A stretch of DNA of 64,000 nucleotides from positions 7,559 to 71,558 of the forward strand of contig NIVC01002342.1 in assembly GCA_002269645.1 (NCBI GenBank). Reading direction: 5' to 3'. Both the position numbers and the translations under genes were made by a program. This DNA comes from Macrostomum lignano. Taxonomy: Eukaryota. Position 1 is the stretch's first letter, and every line of letters starts with the position of its first letter. The notes beneath the pieces were generated by a model. It made no database searches. It was given only the letters and a program-made list of their open reading frames with translations, and was not told the DNA's origin. Positions 1-12,385 of this stretch are shown here, one piece after another.

Positions 1-206
1 CGTTATCTCCCCCAGTTTCACCAGGCAGCGGTGGCTGCTGTAACTTTTGCCGGTGGTGTCTCTGCTTTGTTTTAGCTCCCAGCCTTCTGCTTTTGTTCGC
101 TTGCTCGCTTTGGGTTTGGAGGTCGCTTTTTCGCTGTGCGCCTCCCGCGCGTTGCTCGCCTTGCTCGCCAATTGTCTCAATGTGTCTCTTTGTGTCTGGC
201 TGGTCA
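1..206 (-). CDS. Possible further exon of the lectin gene or of a neighbouring gene (runs off the window)
   Basis: Acceptor-like CCTTTAG at 207-213 followed by frames open to the window edge, including the phase-1 frame. No recognisable domain. Confidence 0.3.
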
Positions 207-393
207 CTAAAGGATATTAGACAGATATTCTCATTCATACAATTCGCTTTTTGCAACTCCATCTTCTTTCTAATCAAAAGAAACATTACTACTTGAATTG
301 ACTGTCTATTTGTTTAGTTCTACTAGCACTTTTACTCCGATCTTACCCCAAATATCAAACAGAAAAGCTAAATAGATACTCTCAAAATCCTAC

Positions 394-3300
394 CTCCTTT
401 ATGAGCCAGAGAAGCATACGTTCCGAAAACCTGGACTTCGCACAACATCAGGTACGTTCTTTTTGCCATAGCCTGAATCTCTACAACCTGCCCGACTCTG
501 TTGCAGCTGAGAGTGATTGTCGAACCGAGTCCAACGCCCTTGTGTCTGGCACAGATGTGGCCGTCGACCTTGACGACGATGTGTCTAAAGTTCACCCTAC
601 AAGGCGGAGTGCACAGTCGAGTGTAGATTCGGACCTGCTTGATGTGAGCGAGACGGTTCGTGTTTGCCTGCCACCATGGGTTCTTCTGACGCTTAGTGTG
701 AGCACACGACTTTCCGGACCAATACTGGCTGAAGTTATTGTCGATGGCTCTTCGACAGGGTGTGTGAGTTGAGCTCTGTCTGCAGTCTTGAAGTGGCAGC
801 AGACCTGCAAAACATATTTTCGATAATCTGTCGGTAACATGTAATGTCGGTCGAACATGTAATTTTGTCAGAGTATGCCTAAAACTGCCACCTCTGTAAA
901 AAAAACTTACGTCCTTTGTGTGCTAACGAGGCGTAGTTTCCGAAAACCTGAACCTCACACAGCATCAGATAGGTCTTCGCTCGAGACCGAATTTCGACTA
1001 CCTGGCCAACTCTGTTGCACTCGAACGTGTGGGTCGAGAGGTAGCCCTTCGTCGATGTGTATCTGGCACAAACGTGCCCATCAACCTTGATGATTAGGTC
1101 CTTCAGGTATCTGGAGCACACTGGTCCGCAGAGCCGAGCGTAGATTCGCACCTGTCTGATGTGAGCCAATCGGTTTGTGCTCGCCTGCCACCACGGGCCT
1201 TTCTGCATCTTCGTGTGCGAGCAGGACTTTCCAGGCCAGTGTTGGTTCAGGTTGTTATCAATGGCTCTCCGACATGGCGTGTGCGTTGAACTCTGCCTGC
1301 ACTCTTGTAAGGGCAGCATACCTAGATTGGGAAAGTTTTATCGTATAGTTTCGCTCCTAATGGCGACATGATTGTACGATCGAATTCGATGGAGAAATAA
1401 CCATGTGCGTATTCATGCCCTGTAGTCTTACTTCCTTTATGAGCCAGAGAAGCATACGTTCCGAAAACCTGGACTTCGCACAACATCAGGTACGTTCTTT
1501 TTGCCATAGCCTGAATCTCTACAACCTGCCCGACTCTGTTGCAGTTGAGAGTGATTGTCGAACCGAGTCCAACGCCCTTGTGTCTGGCACAGATGTGGCC
1601 GTCGACCTTGACGACGATGTGTCTAAAGTACACCCTACAAGGCGGAGTGCACAGTCGAGTGTAGATTCGGACCTGCTGGATGTGCGCGAGCCGGTTCGTG
1701 TTTGCCTGCCACCATGGGTTCTTCTGACGCTTAGTGTGAGCACACGACTTTCCAGGCCAGTGTTGGTTGAGGTTATTGTCGATGGCTCTCCGACAGGGTG
1801 TGTGAGTTGAGCTCTGTCTGCAGTCTTGCAGAGGCAGTTTGGCTAAAATGGTTTCGGTACGAATGCATCATAAAATATCCTTGTTAGCATCAGAATGCAA
1901 AATCTGTACTAAATGATAGACTGGATTGCGTGACTTACCGCCTTTATGAGCCAGAGAAGCATACGTTCCGAAAACCTGGACTTCGCACAACATCAGGTAC
2001 GTTCTTTTTGCCATAGCCTGAATCTCTACAATCTGCCCGACCCTGTTGCAGCTGAGAGTGATTGTCGAACCGAGTCCAACGCCCTTGTGTCTGGCACAGA
2101 TGTGGCCGTCGACCTTGACGACGATGTGTCTAAAGTACACCCTACAAGGCGGAGTGCACAGTCGAGTGTAGATTCGGACCTGCTTGATGTGAGCGAGACG
2201 GTTCGTGTTTGCCTGCCACCATGGGTTCTTCTGACGCTTAGTGTGAGCACACGACTTTCCGGACCAATGCTGGTTGAGGTTATTGTCGATGGCTCTTCGA
2301 CAGGGTGTGTGAGTTGAGCTCTGTCTGCAGTCACTGAGCGGTATTCGGTCTGAAATCGGTGTTTGCAGTCATCTGTACTAATGTGCAAAATGTAAACTTG
2401 TGGATGTATTGTAGCTCTTAGCATGATAGTAGATGCCAATCAATTTTGGCTAATAATATATGCAAGCTACGAGTGTAAGCCTGTAGACATGCGTGTTAAT
2501 TTATTTTCTAATTGGAAATATATTTTAATCCCTCAGCGGTAGAAGCTTATTTTAAGCAAGCTTACGTCCAGTGTGGGCCAGTGAAGCCCATTTTCCGAAT
2601 GCCTGCACCTCGCACAGCATCAGATAGGACCGCACAGTGCTGTGGATCTCCAGAATCTGCCCGACTCGGTTGCAATGGAACGTCTTGACAGAGAAGTAGT
2701 GGCTCGAGTGGTACGAGGCGCAAGGAACGCCGTCCACCTTGATCACAATGTTGTTCTGGTGCGACGAGCAGCCGGGTCCGCAGAGGCGGTTGTAAATCCG
2801 GACTGTGTGGAAGTGCGCCAGTCTGGGCGTGTTGGCCTGCCACCACGGCTTGTTCTGCATGTTGGTGTGCGAGCAGGAGTTGCCGGACCACTTCTGGTTA
2901 GTGTTGCCGTCGATGGCTCGATGGCACGGAGTGTGCGTGGAGCTTTGCCTGCATGCCTGCAGGGGCAGCCGAACTGGAGAATTGTTGGTAAGTAAAAGTT
3001 ATGTGACTTGTGTGAGTACTAATTTTTGAATGCCACTTTCCGTTGCCAGTAATTGCTTCAAAAAAATAATTGAAGGGTTCGCAGCCACTCATCAGAAAAA
3101 CGGGGATCCAGCCTGTTGATTATTCTCTGAATTCCCGCAGCTGTCTTCTGATTTCACTGCTGGTACCAGAAGGATCATGCTACTCTGCAGCGATGGTATA
3201 TTTTGTTTGGAAAGAAATATTTTTCAACTTGCTTAGAGTCTCCCTTAGTTTTTAGTTCACTCACAGGGAGGCAGCTGACCTCTTGTCTTTTCTGAATTTG

Positions 3301-3523
3301 CTATCAACTACGTATAAAAGTTCCCAAATACAGATGCAGACAGCCAGAAAATGTTTGTCATAACGGAGGACACTAAGTACTGCTAAGCATGCTAACTGCA
3401 TGGCACCATTCAAAGTTTACTTGAGAAACATTGAGCACAGAAAACAAAGGGTGGCAACTCACTTGCGGCAGAGAAGCTGCACAAAATCGACACCAGCAGA
3501 AGCGCCCTGAAGACTCTCTGCAT
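394..3523 (-). CDS. Secreted protein with 5 tandem F-type lectin (fucolectin / F5-8 type C-like) domains. Exons 3463-3523 (signal peptide), 2566-2973, 1939-2349, 1432-1842, 911-1321, 394-804; may end at the stop at 368 or splice further left.
   Basis: Exon 1 reads MQRVFRALLLVSILCSFSAA then GTGAGT (phase 1). Five 408-411 nt exons have AG/GT borders, all phase 1-1, and each encodes QSST..RAIDxN..CxHT..PWWQ..VRIYxR..VDG..C..C...LMLCEVQVFG. Confidence 0.9.
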
Positions 3524-3613
3524 GTCTCTTTAATTCGCCTTTTTGTCAGTCTTTGGTTCGAAAAACTCTTTTTCTGAGCGCAGCGTGCTCCGATTTCTGA
3601 GTTTATGAGGCGT

Positions 3614-3621
3614 CTCTTATA
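3614..3621 (-). promoter_or_regulatory. Candidate TATA box of the lectin gene
   Basis: TATAAGAG on the minus strand about 90 nt upstream of the ATG at 3523. Confidence 0.35.
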
Positions 3622-3788
3622 GATGCTCCATCTCGTGGCCTCGCTGACACGAGCACGCTGGTCTCGCTCAAAAACAAGTGCGCTACAGACACGTGCGGCG
3701 GCCGCAGCTGTTGATGAAGCGTGAGGGTGAAACCTCAAACTCTCTACTCAACCCCCTGCCCACTCTATTCGCAGAAGACAAGTATCCA

Positions 3789-3816
3789 TCCATATACTAA
3801 AAATGGTCTGTCGGTA
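3789..3816 (+). mobile_element. 5' end of a Helitron-like element, same family as 18908 and 26190
   Basis: A|TCC-ATATACTAAAAATGGTCTGTCGGTA: the 25-mer is identical to the one at 18912 and 26194 and is followed by a short microsatellite. 3' end not identified. Confidence 0.55.
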
Positions 3817-5242
3817 GGTAGGTATGCGATCGCAGACGACAAGTACCCATTTAGACTAAAGTTAGGGCACAGCATGCCTGCGGCATTATGATATTGGTGA
3901 AGCCTGAAACACGAGATTTCATTTTACTGCTGTTTACGAGCATCGTGTGCAATTAATTCACTCCGAGTTGTGGCAGGCTTAGGAGATACAATAGAAATGT
4001 CTAGTCTTCTCTATACTAGTAGCTACGAGCTACTTCTATCTAGCCTAATTTATCTCTCAGAAAGCTGGGCGCTTTTATCTTTGCTTTGACATTCCAATTC
4101 AATGCTCCAGAGCCATTAAAATTGTGAGCCTCAGGCATTTGCAGTGGGCAGCAGGGAGCAGCATATGGTTGTATCTGCGGACGAGAGACCAAATGGATAA
4201 TTCCATGCATTTGGCGGGTCTGCACAGTTGCACGTGCTGCACTTAGCTGTCGTCCAGGCCTTACGTGTTGTTCGCTCTAAAGCGTGCCTTTTTTAAACAA
4301 AGTGTAGAAACAGTTATCATTTCTTAGAAACTCTAGTTTTAAAATTACGCGAAAATTATATGTTTGTTTTAATTTGCAAAATATTTTCGAGTTGGAAAAT
4401 TTGTTATAAATATAAGCGATTTTTTGTATAAATAGGGGCAAATTTTAGGGAAAAAAAGATAACTTGTTCGCAGCTTGCACTCGTTCGCTTGCTAACGAAG
4501 CTTCAAAGCTTATAAGCTTCAAAACGTGTTCACTAGAAATCGCTCTTAGATTCCTTAAATCATTTTACAGTAAGAGATTCCAAGAAGCATTCAGAGAAAT
4601 TCGGGAGTATCTGCAAAGAGAGTATCTGTTTAGAGTAGACGCCGTGACCCTCTAATCTCGGTAACGCCCAGACTGGAGAATAGTACGTGTACCAGTAAGA
4701 CCGCTCAGGCCAAGAGTACATAGACGCTACCAGACTTATACTTAGAACGCTACCAGAACGCTACCAGACTCACACGAAGAAAAGGTAGAACAATAGGGTT
4801 AATTAAATAGAAAGTTAGACCTGCAACAACTTTGGTGGCATTAGTAGAATTATTTATTAAGACAGAAGCAACCCCTGCGACAACTTTGGGGTATTACGAG
4901 CGTATTAAGAGGGAAGTAAGCCCTAGGACAAAAGTAACGAGGAATCACGGAAACACGGTGTTTTTTCAATGTCATCTATTGAAGTTTGCGCATAAGTCAA
5001 GTAGATAATCTGAAAATGATATTGAATCTACCGGGAATGACGTAATCAACCCCTCCTGAATTCAGCAGAAGAATAAGCAGTTATTTCTAACTACTGGCAC
5101 CGCTGGTCGTTGCGCTTCTCATTTGCGACTGAAGGCTACTTGGTGCTGAGCTTAAATTCGGGCTTCTGCTGCCTTTGAACTTCTTTAAAATGAGAACTCA
5201 AAATTATCTGCTATGCCTGACACTGCATGACTGCATTGTCGC

Positions 5243-6343
5243 TTGGAGTGCCTGTCTTGTTGGAGTGCCTGTCTTGTTGGAGTGCCTGTCTTGTTGGAGT
5301 GGCTGTCTTGTTGGAGTGGCTGTCTTGTTGGAGTGCCTGTCTTGTTGGAGTGCCTGTCTTGTTGGAGTGGCTGTCTTGTTGGAGTGCCTGTCTTGTTGGA
5401 GTGCCTGTCTTGTTGGAGTGCCTGTCTTGTTGGAGTGCCTGTCTTGTTGGAGTGGCTGTCTTGTTGGAGTGCCTGTCTTGTTGGAGTGCCTGTCTTGTTG
5501 GAGTGCCTGTCTTGTTGGAGTGCCTGTCTTGTTGGAGTGCCTGTCTTGTTGGAGTGCCTGTCTTGTTGGAGTGCCTGTCTTGTTGGAGTGCCTGTCTTGT
5601 TGGAGTGCCTGTCTTGTTGGAGTGCCTGTCTTGTTGGAGTGCCTGTCTTGTTGGAGTGCCTGTCTTGTTGGAGTGCCTGTCTTGTTGGAGTGCCTGTCTT
5701 GTTGGAGTGCCTGTCTTGTTGGAGTGCCTGTCTTGTTGGAGTGCCTGTCTTGTTGGAGTGCCTGTCTTGTTGGAGTGCCTGTCTTGTTGGAGTGCCTGTC
5801 TTGTTGGAGTGCCTGTCTTGTTGGAGTGCCTGTCTTGTTGGAGTGGCTGACTTGTTGGAGTGCCTGTCTTGTTGGAGTGGCTGTCTTGTTGGAGTGCCTG
5901 TCTTGTTGGAGTGCCTGTCTTGTTGGAGTGCCTGTCTTGTTGGAGTGCCTGTCTTGTTGGAGTGCCTGTCTTGTTGGAGTGCCTGTCTTGTTGGAGTGCC
6001 TGTCTTGTTGGAGTGCCTGTCTTGTTGGAGTGCCTGTCTTGTTGGAGTGCCTGTCTTGTTGGAGTGCCTGTCTTGTTGGAGTGCCTGTCTTGTTGGAGTG
6101 CCTGTCTTGTTGGAGTGCCTGTCTTGTTGGAGTGCCTGTCTTGTTGGAGTGCCTGTCTTGTTGGAGTGCCTGTCTTGTTGGAGTGCCTGTCTTGTTGGAG
6201 TGCCTGTCTTGTTGGAGTGCCTGTCTTGTTGGAGTGCCTGTCTTGTTGGAGTGCCTGTCTTGTTGGAGTGCCTGTCTTGTTGGAGTGCCTGTCTTGTTGG
6301 AGTGCCTGTCTTGTTGGAGTGCCTGTCTTGTTGGAGTGCCTGT
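5243..6343. repeat. 17-bp minisatellite (TTGGAGTGCCTGTCTTG)n, about 65 copies
   Basis: Near-perfect tandem array; explains the 379-393 aa repetitive ORFs. Confidence 0.97.
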
Positions 6344-7013
6344 TTGTTTCGAATAGGCCAATTTTTTACTTTATGCTTATAATTTTGTAACTGTTGCAGT
6401 TTCTATTGCTCTCCTGATTTATTTGATAGCTAGCAATATTTTTACACAGTTAAAGCGTAACGGGTACATTTTCAAGTATTCTGAAAATTCAAGATTTAGT
6501 TGGCATGTCATGCGGTTTCTCAACTGACAAAGCATAGTAAAATTTAAATATAAAGGACTGAATCTTCACATCCACACATGTGTTTCCTCACACTTCTGCT
6601 CATAGAAGTTCACGCTGATGAGCTGGTGGATTCGCCACTGCAAGTTTGTCGCTCGTGGGTAAGCGCCAACTTGTTCATGACTGAAGCCAGCAGCTGTTGG
6701 TCTTCACCACGCCGCAAATATTGTGCTAGCGAATATTTGTAAGCCAAAATGGCTAATATTGTACAACAGAAAACCAGCCAGGGACCACTGCCACTGCTGT
6801 CAATCTAAAAGCAAAGCACGAAGTACGAGCTATGCTTCAGAAAATTTGCAGAAGTATCTCGAAACTGTCTCCGAATACATGGAAACAACTACGTTCACGG
6901 TTCAGTATATTTTATTATCGAACCGAAATTTAATTCGCAATGTTGGTACCCAATTAGATTATGTTCTTTTCAATAATTCATAAACGTGCACTCAATTTTC
7001 AAGGCAGTTTCCT

Positions 7014-8485
7014 TCAAAACTTTGAGAAGAATTCCGTCACCATGTTCATAACCTTCTCAAAAAACATCAGACCAACGTGCGTGAACCAGGAGAAGTCGGA
7101 CCCCAGACTGGACATTTTCAAAATGAACGGCAGATAGTCAGTCGACCCATTGTTGGGCTGCGGCCGGATCTGCAGCAGGTGGCACATCAGACCGTAGATG
7201 TCCACCTGGCGGAAACTTTTTCGTCTGTTGCCGTCAATAAGGAAATTGTGATGGAAACTGGGCCCAACGGCGAACATCGGCACCCGCATGTCGCTGTAGC
7301 TGTTGTCGAAGCCGTGGTGACCGGCACTTACTGGCTTGGTATCCTTGCTGGTCAGCACCAGGTATCCCTGGTCGGGCAGCACGAGCACCTCTGGCGTCCT
7401 GCGGTTTTTGGCGTAGTGGAATCGCTCCGGCAGACTGTCCTTGTCGAACACGCGCATGGACAGGTTGCGCTGGCGCACCTGGTTGTTGAGGTACTCCACC
7501 AGCTGCTTCCGCTTACCCGGCTTGGCATTCATGGCCAGCAGCGGTCCGCTGTCCAGGACTCGGTCTACGAGCTCGTCCATGCTGCTGTCCAGGTGGATCA
7601 CCTTGTCAGGTGTCATGCCCATCATGCCTGAAATGTTTTAAAACGCACGACGCACGATAAAGCCTGATCATATTTTTTAGATTCGAAAAATATATTTTTA
7701 TCGGTGTCTAAATTACCTACGAATATGACCAATGGTTTTCTAAAGATGGTTTCTGTCCAGAAAAAAAGATGGCTCTCACCGTGGTCAGACACGATCAGGA
7801 CGTTGACTTTATTGGAGAATTTCTTCGCTTTGAGACCTTCGAATAGCGAGCGGATAGTGTCGTCAACTTTCTTTAGGGCCTCTCGGACCTGCTTTGACTT
7901 TGGACCGAACTTATGACCAGAGCTGTCGGGCTCATTTAGGTACATTGTGGCCATCTGCACGTCCTTCTCGGTGATCCACTCCAGCACGGTGCTCACCCGG
8001 GTCTCAAAGCTCACACTTCCGCTGTAGTTGAACCAGTAGTCCTGACGAACGCCCTTGAACGAGACCTCGCTGCCGGGCCAGAAGAACGTGGCCGACTTCA
8101 GTCCCTGCTTCTTCGCGTTGATCCAGATCGGCTCGGATGCGTTCCACCAGCGCTCATCTCGAGTGCCCTTGTTGAAGGAGGCGTTGAACAGCGGGTCGTA
8201 CATGCTGTTGCCGACGATGCCGTGGCTCTCCTGGTAGAGTCCCGTGGCGATGGTCCAGTGGTTGGGGAAGGTCTTTGTGGCAAAGGCCGGCTTCATGGAC
8301 TTGACGTGCACGCCCTGCTTGATGAGCGACCTCAGGAACTGCGTCTCGTTGGGGTACCAGTTGAGGTAGTCGTAGCGGAAGCCGTCGCAGGAGACCAGGA
8401 CCAGCGGGTATCGGGCTGGGCTGGCCGCCGATGCGCAGGCAGCGGCGCAGAGCAGAGCGAGAGCGGCGAGGCCAATCGACTGCAT
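7014..8485 (-). CDS. Ectonucleotide pyrophosphatase/phosphodiesterase (ENPP4/5-like, alkaline phosphatase superfamily). Exons 7780-8485 and 7014-7627; alternative start at 8512.
   Basis: Signal peptide, then DGFRYDY, TKTFPNH (catalytic Thr), EPDSSGH, SDHG|M split by a phase-1 GT-AG intron (7628-7779), and GHHGFDN. Confidence 0.93.
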
Positions 8486-10685
8486 TTCGAATTTGCCAGA
8501 GCAGAACACCATGGCTTTGAAATTATGCGTAGGTGAGTATTATATAGCGATTCTCAAGCGAGTCGGCTTCCATGAAGCCATGCTGTAGCCATATCATTTT
8601 TTGCTTGATTGCGAATTTGCGCAGCGCTTCTTCGATTCGACTGAAGGCAAAATGCGCATACAGCTATTCCTGTCAAGAATTTTTTGCATTTGGGGATCTT
8701 TTCTACACAAATAATGTCTTGTGGAATGTGTTGAGCCTCATAAAAATTTGTGGCATGAGCTCTATTCGTCAGTCCATGAGTTGCAAAATTTTCGATTTCC
8801 TATGGATACTAGACTCTTGGCGCTCATACCCCTTTGCAAATTCATTATGGGACAGAATTCATGCTCTGCTGTTTACTTTTTTCTGCTTTTTGGAACGCGC
8901 CTTACGAGTATCTTCCTTGAATTGCACATTTAAACGACTTGTCTTTCGTCTGAGGAGCGAATTTAGCTGCGTGGTTGAATATTAAATGCTGCTTGACGTG
9001 TTTCTCTTCATTTTGGTCTGGTACATAAGCGTTGAAAAAAAACAGGCTAATAGAACTACAGGCAGTTAAGATGTCTTCATTTTGACAGCCGTGGCAAATG
9101 TTTTTGGTAGATTTTGCACTTGCAGCACAAAAAAGCACCAAGCCAAACTGATTTCTTGGAGATGATTTTCAAACCAAAAACTCGTAGACTAGTCGTACCC
9201 GATAGCATTTTTCGTATTGCTGTTGACCTTGTCTTTCGAAAGCTATCAATATTAAGCCAAGGCCATGCAAACAAGGCTATAGGAGTCAACTAGCTCGTAG
9301 TCTATTGGTTGGAACAGAGCATGATGGCCGTTTTTCTGCTGTAATTGATCAATCAATAGCGCTCGCTCGATTTAGTCTGGCTACAAAATTCGGCGCTTAT
9401 CTTAATCTATTTTGGTTCTCAACTAGCAAACTCATTCGTTATAGAAACTTGATTCGCCCTCTCTGACTTTGCTGAGTCTCCTCTTCGATCGATCGAGATT
9501 TCAACTGTCCATGTGCCACTTTTCTGCTGTAGTCTCTGACACAACAGACGAGATCGTCTGGAAAGACACATGGCTGACTGAACCGTGACAGTAAAATGGT
9601 AGTTTAAAACCTGTTTAAAAGCGGGTTAATTTTTTTGACAGATCAGTTCCTCTTATATGACACATGTACTGTACATTTGTTTTACCAAGAATGCCAAGAA
9701 TTACCATTTAGGCTCTACACTTTTTACTGCGAATACAGGTGTTGTACAGGTGTTGTACATGTCTTCTTCTAATGCACACGAGAGGTTTTTTCAGAAGTTC
9801 TGACTTTTGCGCACGATTTACGAGTTCGATCTAATTTTTATGTGTCGGACCAAGTGCTTTACTCGTATTAAATAGAACCCGGCTCCCTCAGCCCGAGCGT
9901 CACGCCCTTAAGAACAGTTTCCAGCGGGCCAAGCCAACTAATGGAGTTGACACACCCATACCAACCAGCCCGGCTGCTACCAGATCCTAAAGGGCGGCTG
10001 AAGCGGCCTGCGGTGAACTCGGGCCATTCAGCTCAACGGCCTTCTAAGCCCTTGATCAAGGCTTGTCAGGCGGTAGCATAAAAATCAATCACGTAATGCT
10101 CAGGCAGCTCCAACTCCTGTCAGATAGTCACCCCAGCTTTAAGGTTGCATACGAGAAGATTATGGTTACATAGGTTGCATATAGATCGCGAGGAGCAAGG
10201 ACCACTAGTGAAACAGCTTAGGACGTAAAACTCAAGGATCGTGTATTTTAAAGAGGCAAACTTCCCGGAAAAGAAATACACTGCGGCGGAGATAGAAAAA
10301 CTTTTTAAAACATAGTCTATGATTTAATTTGATCTGGGACAGTAGAGATTTCAATTCTTTAAATTTAAGGCCCTAGGCCTAGCAAGCTCAACATATTACT
10401 CTCTATTGTATTTTAGATAGTTGTATAGTGAAAGTTTTATTAACTTCATGTTTTTTTATTCCATAAAACCCAAGCCAAAGTTGTAGTCACGCCCTTAAGT
10501 CACGCCCTTTGTCTACAATTGTAGACAAACAATTGGCACAAAAAATTTTTGTTTCGTTCCTTTTTTAATTGAATCAAGTATATTTGTAATAAATTTGTTG
10601 CATGCAGGTACTCTTAGCCTTAAGCAAAACCTTGGCTTTAAACTGAATAGCTTTCTAAAGACTATAAAAACAAGGGGTGCTGACC

Positions 10686-10780
10686 AGTTCGGCGACAAAC
10701 TAATTCGGCGACAGAGATTCACAATGGACTAATTCGGCGAAAGCAAATTCGGCGACAATCTAGGCAAATTCGGCAACAAT
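10686..10780. repeat. Cluster of (AA)TTCGGCGA motifs, possibly the subterminal repeats of a DNA transposon end
   Basis: About 5 imperfect copies in about 95 bp; no partner end found. Confidence 0.4.
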
Positions 10781-11019
10781 TGCGTATGATTTGAATAATT
10801 CTTTTTGTAGAATGGTATTCTATAATGCAGGTTAACTTTCCCTTTTTAACTAAGTTTGTTTTATCTATCATGTATTCTTATAGTGAGTTTTAAGTCCTTT
10901 CCAAGAAGTGTTCCGCGTTAATTTCAGGCTTGAGGCCTTGAGCGGCCGATCGTAAACAAAAACCTTTGGGACTTGGAAAAAACGAGAAAAATTATTTTAA
11001 ACAAGTAGGCCCCTACTGG

Positions 11020-11204
11020 CAGGGGCATAGGGAGGGGGGATGTATGTATCCCCCTGAAGAGCCTGACCAAAACTTTTTTGTTGCCCTTTGTTGCTATACA
11101 TGCTACCATGTGACTCTGTCACAGCACTTTTACCTTGGTGTATCCCCCGTAGAAAATTCACCTTGGTATACCCCCCGTGGGAAATTCCTGGCCATGCCCC
11201 CCTG
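11020..11204. mobile_element. hAT-type MITE, 185 bp
   Basis: 8-bp TSD CCTACTGG at 11012-11019 and 11205-11212; imperfect TIRs CAGGGGCATAG / CATGCCCCCCTG. Confidence 0.85.
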
Positions 11205-12385
11205 CCTACTGGCCTACCTAGGCCTATTATAAAAATGAAATTGGTAGGCTAGGCTTAGCTTAACCATTGTCTACATCTAAGTTATTTAGACTTAGGCATG
11301 TCTAAGAATAGCTAATAATATGCATTTAAATACTTGATTCATAAAATAACAAAATAAATTGGTTGCTTAATAAAGTGTTTTAACAGGTCAAGCATAGGCC
11401 ATAGATTAGGCCTAATAGAAATTGGATAAATAAATAAGTTGTGATACCAAGTATTTGTAAAAAACAACTTTTTGGCATTACAAAACTAGCCTATAAAAAT
11501 TAAATAAAAAAATTGTTCTTTCTTTGCATCTTTGGTCATTGACATTGCCATTAATGTTAACAATGAATTTGTTATTAATTCACAAAATTATTAATGCTAA
11601 TTTGTTAATCTGTTAGTTCAAAAAATCTTAATTAATGGTAGTCTATTATTAATAGTATTAATATTAATGAAAAATCTTAACACTTATTAACACTTATTAA
11701 TGGACTGGTGCCTAACACTGCAAGTAGGCCTAGTCATTGGTAGTTGACTTAGACTACCTAATTCTCTCTGATTAGGTAATACCTTACTCTTATATTATTT
11801 TGCTTTTTCTCATATTTAAGTAATTGTGCTACTTTGTATTTTTATCTTGGCCTTGCCCAATATTGTATAAGCTAGGCCTATCAAACTAATAGATCCAATT
11901 ATGCCAAAATTTTGCATAGCCAAGCTACTACTTCTATAATTGCCTATTGGCATAGTAGCTATGGCTGATTTCCATTTCCAAAAAAAATTATCTATCATTA
12001 AAATTATACTAAAGCATAAGGCAAATATACTATTAGCAATTAGAGTATGCATTTCTATAATTTTTATGCACAGATTTTTATTAGAGCATAGGCCTAGTTT
12101 TTATATGCTAATATTCAGAAATTGTGTCACAATTGGGAAAAACAGTTGTCAATCACTTTGCCAATAGTGTAGACTTTGTTATGCATATTGCTCAATAGTC
12201 TATTGAATAGAAATGGCTATGCAAGTCTAATTAGTGGTACCTATACCACCATAATATACTCTAGTGATATGAATTTGGGCTATAAAATTTTATAGAGTTA
12301 ATGTTTTCCAACTTCTTTTGTAAACACCAATAAATGCTAAAATATACTAGTAATATTCAATTAATATTTTAGGACATACTGAGCA

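Noticed and set aside
5175-6390. Long ORFs in several frames over the 17-bp repeat (also 12391-13196, 13310-14167, 15106-16383, 19575-32867, 36676-37827, 50365-50978, 52727-53297)
   Set aside because: Open only because the repeat units lack stops; no splice or domain support
6614-6660. Hammerhead ribozyme cores at CTGATGA motifs (also about 55965 and in the LTRs)
   Set aside because: No correctly placed GAAA with closing stems I-III
9899-10499. 14-bp direct repeat GTCACGCCCTTAAG flanking about 570 bp as a possible TSD
   Set aside because: No TIRs, poly(A) tail or coding remnant between them; the motif is also locally tandem at 10500
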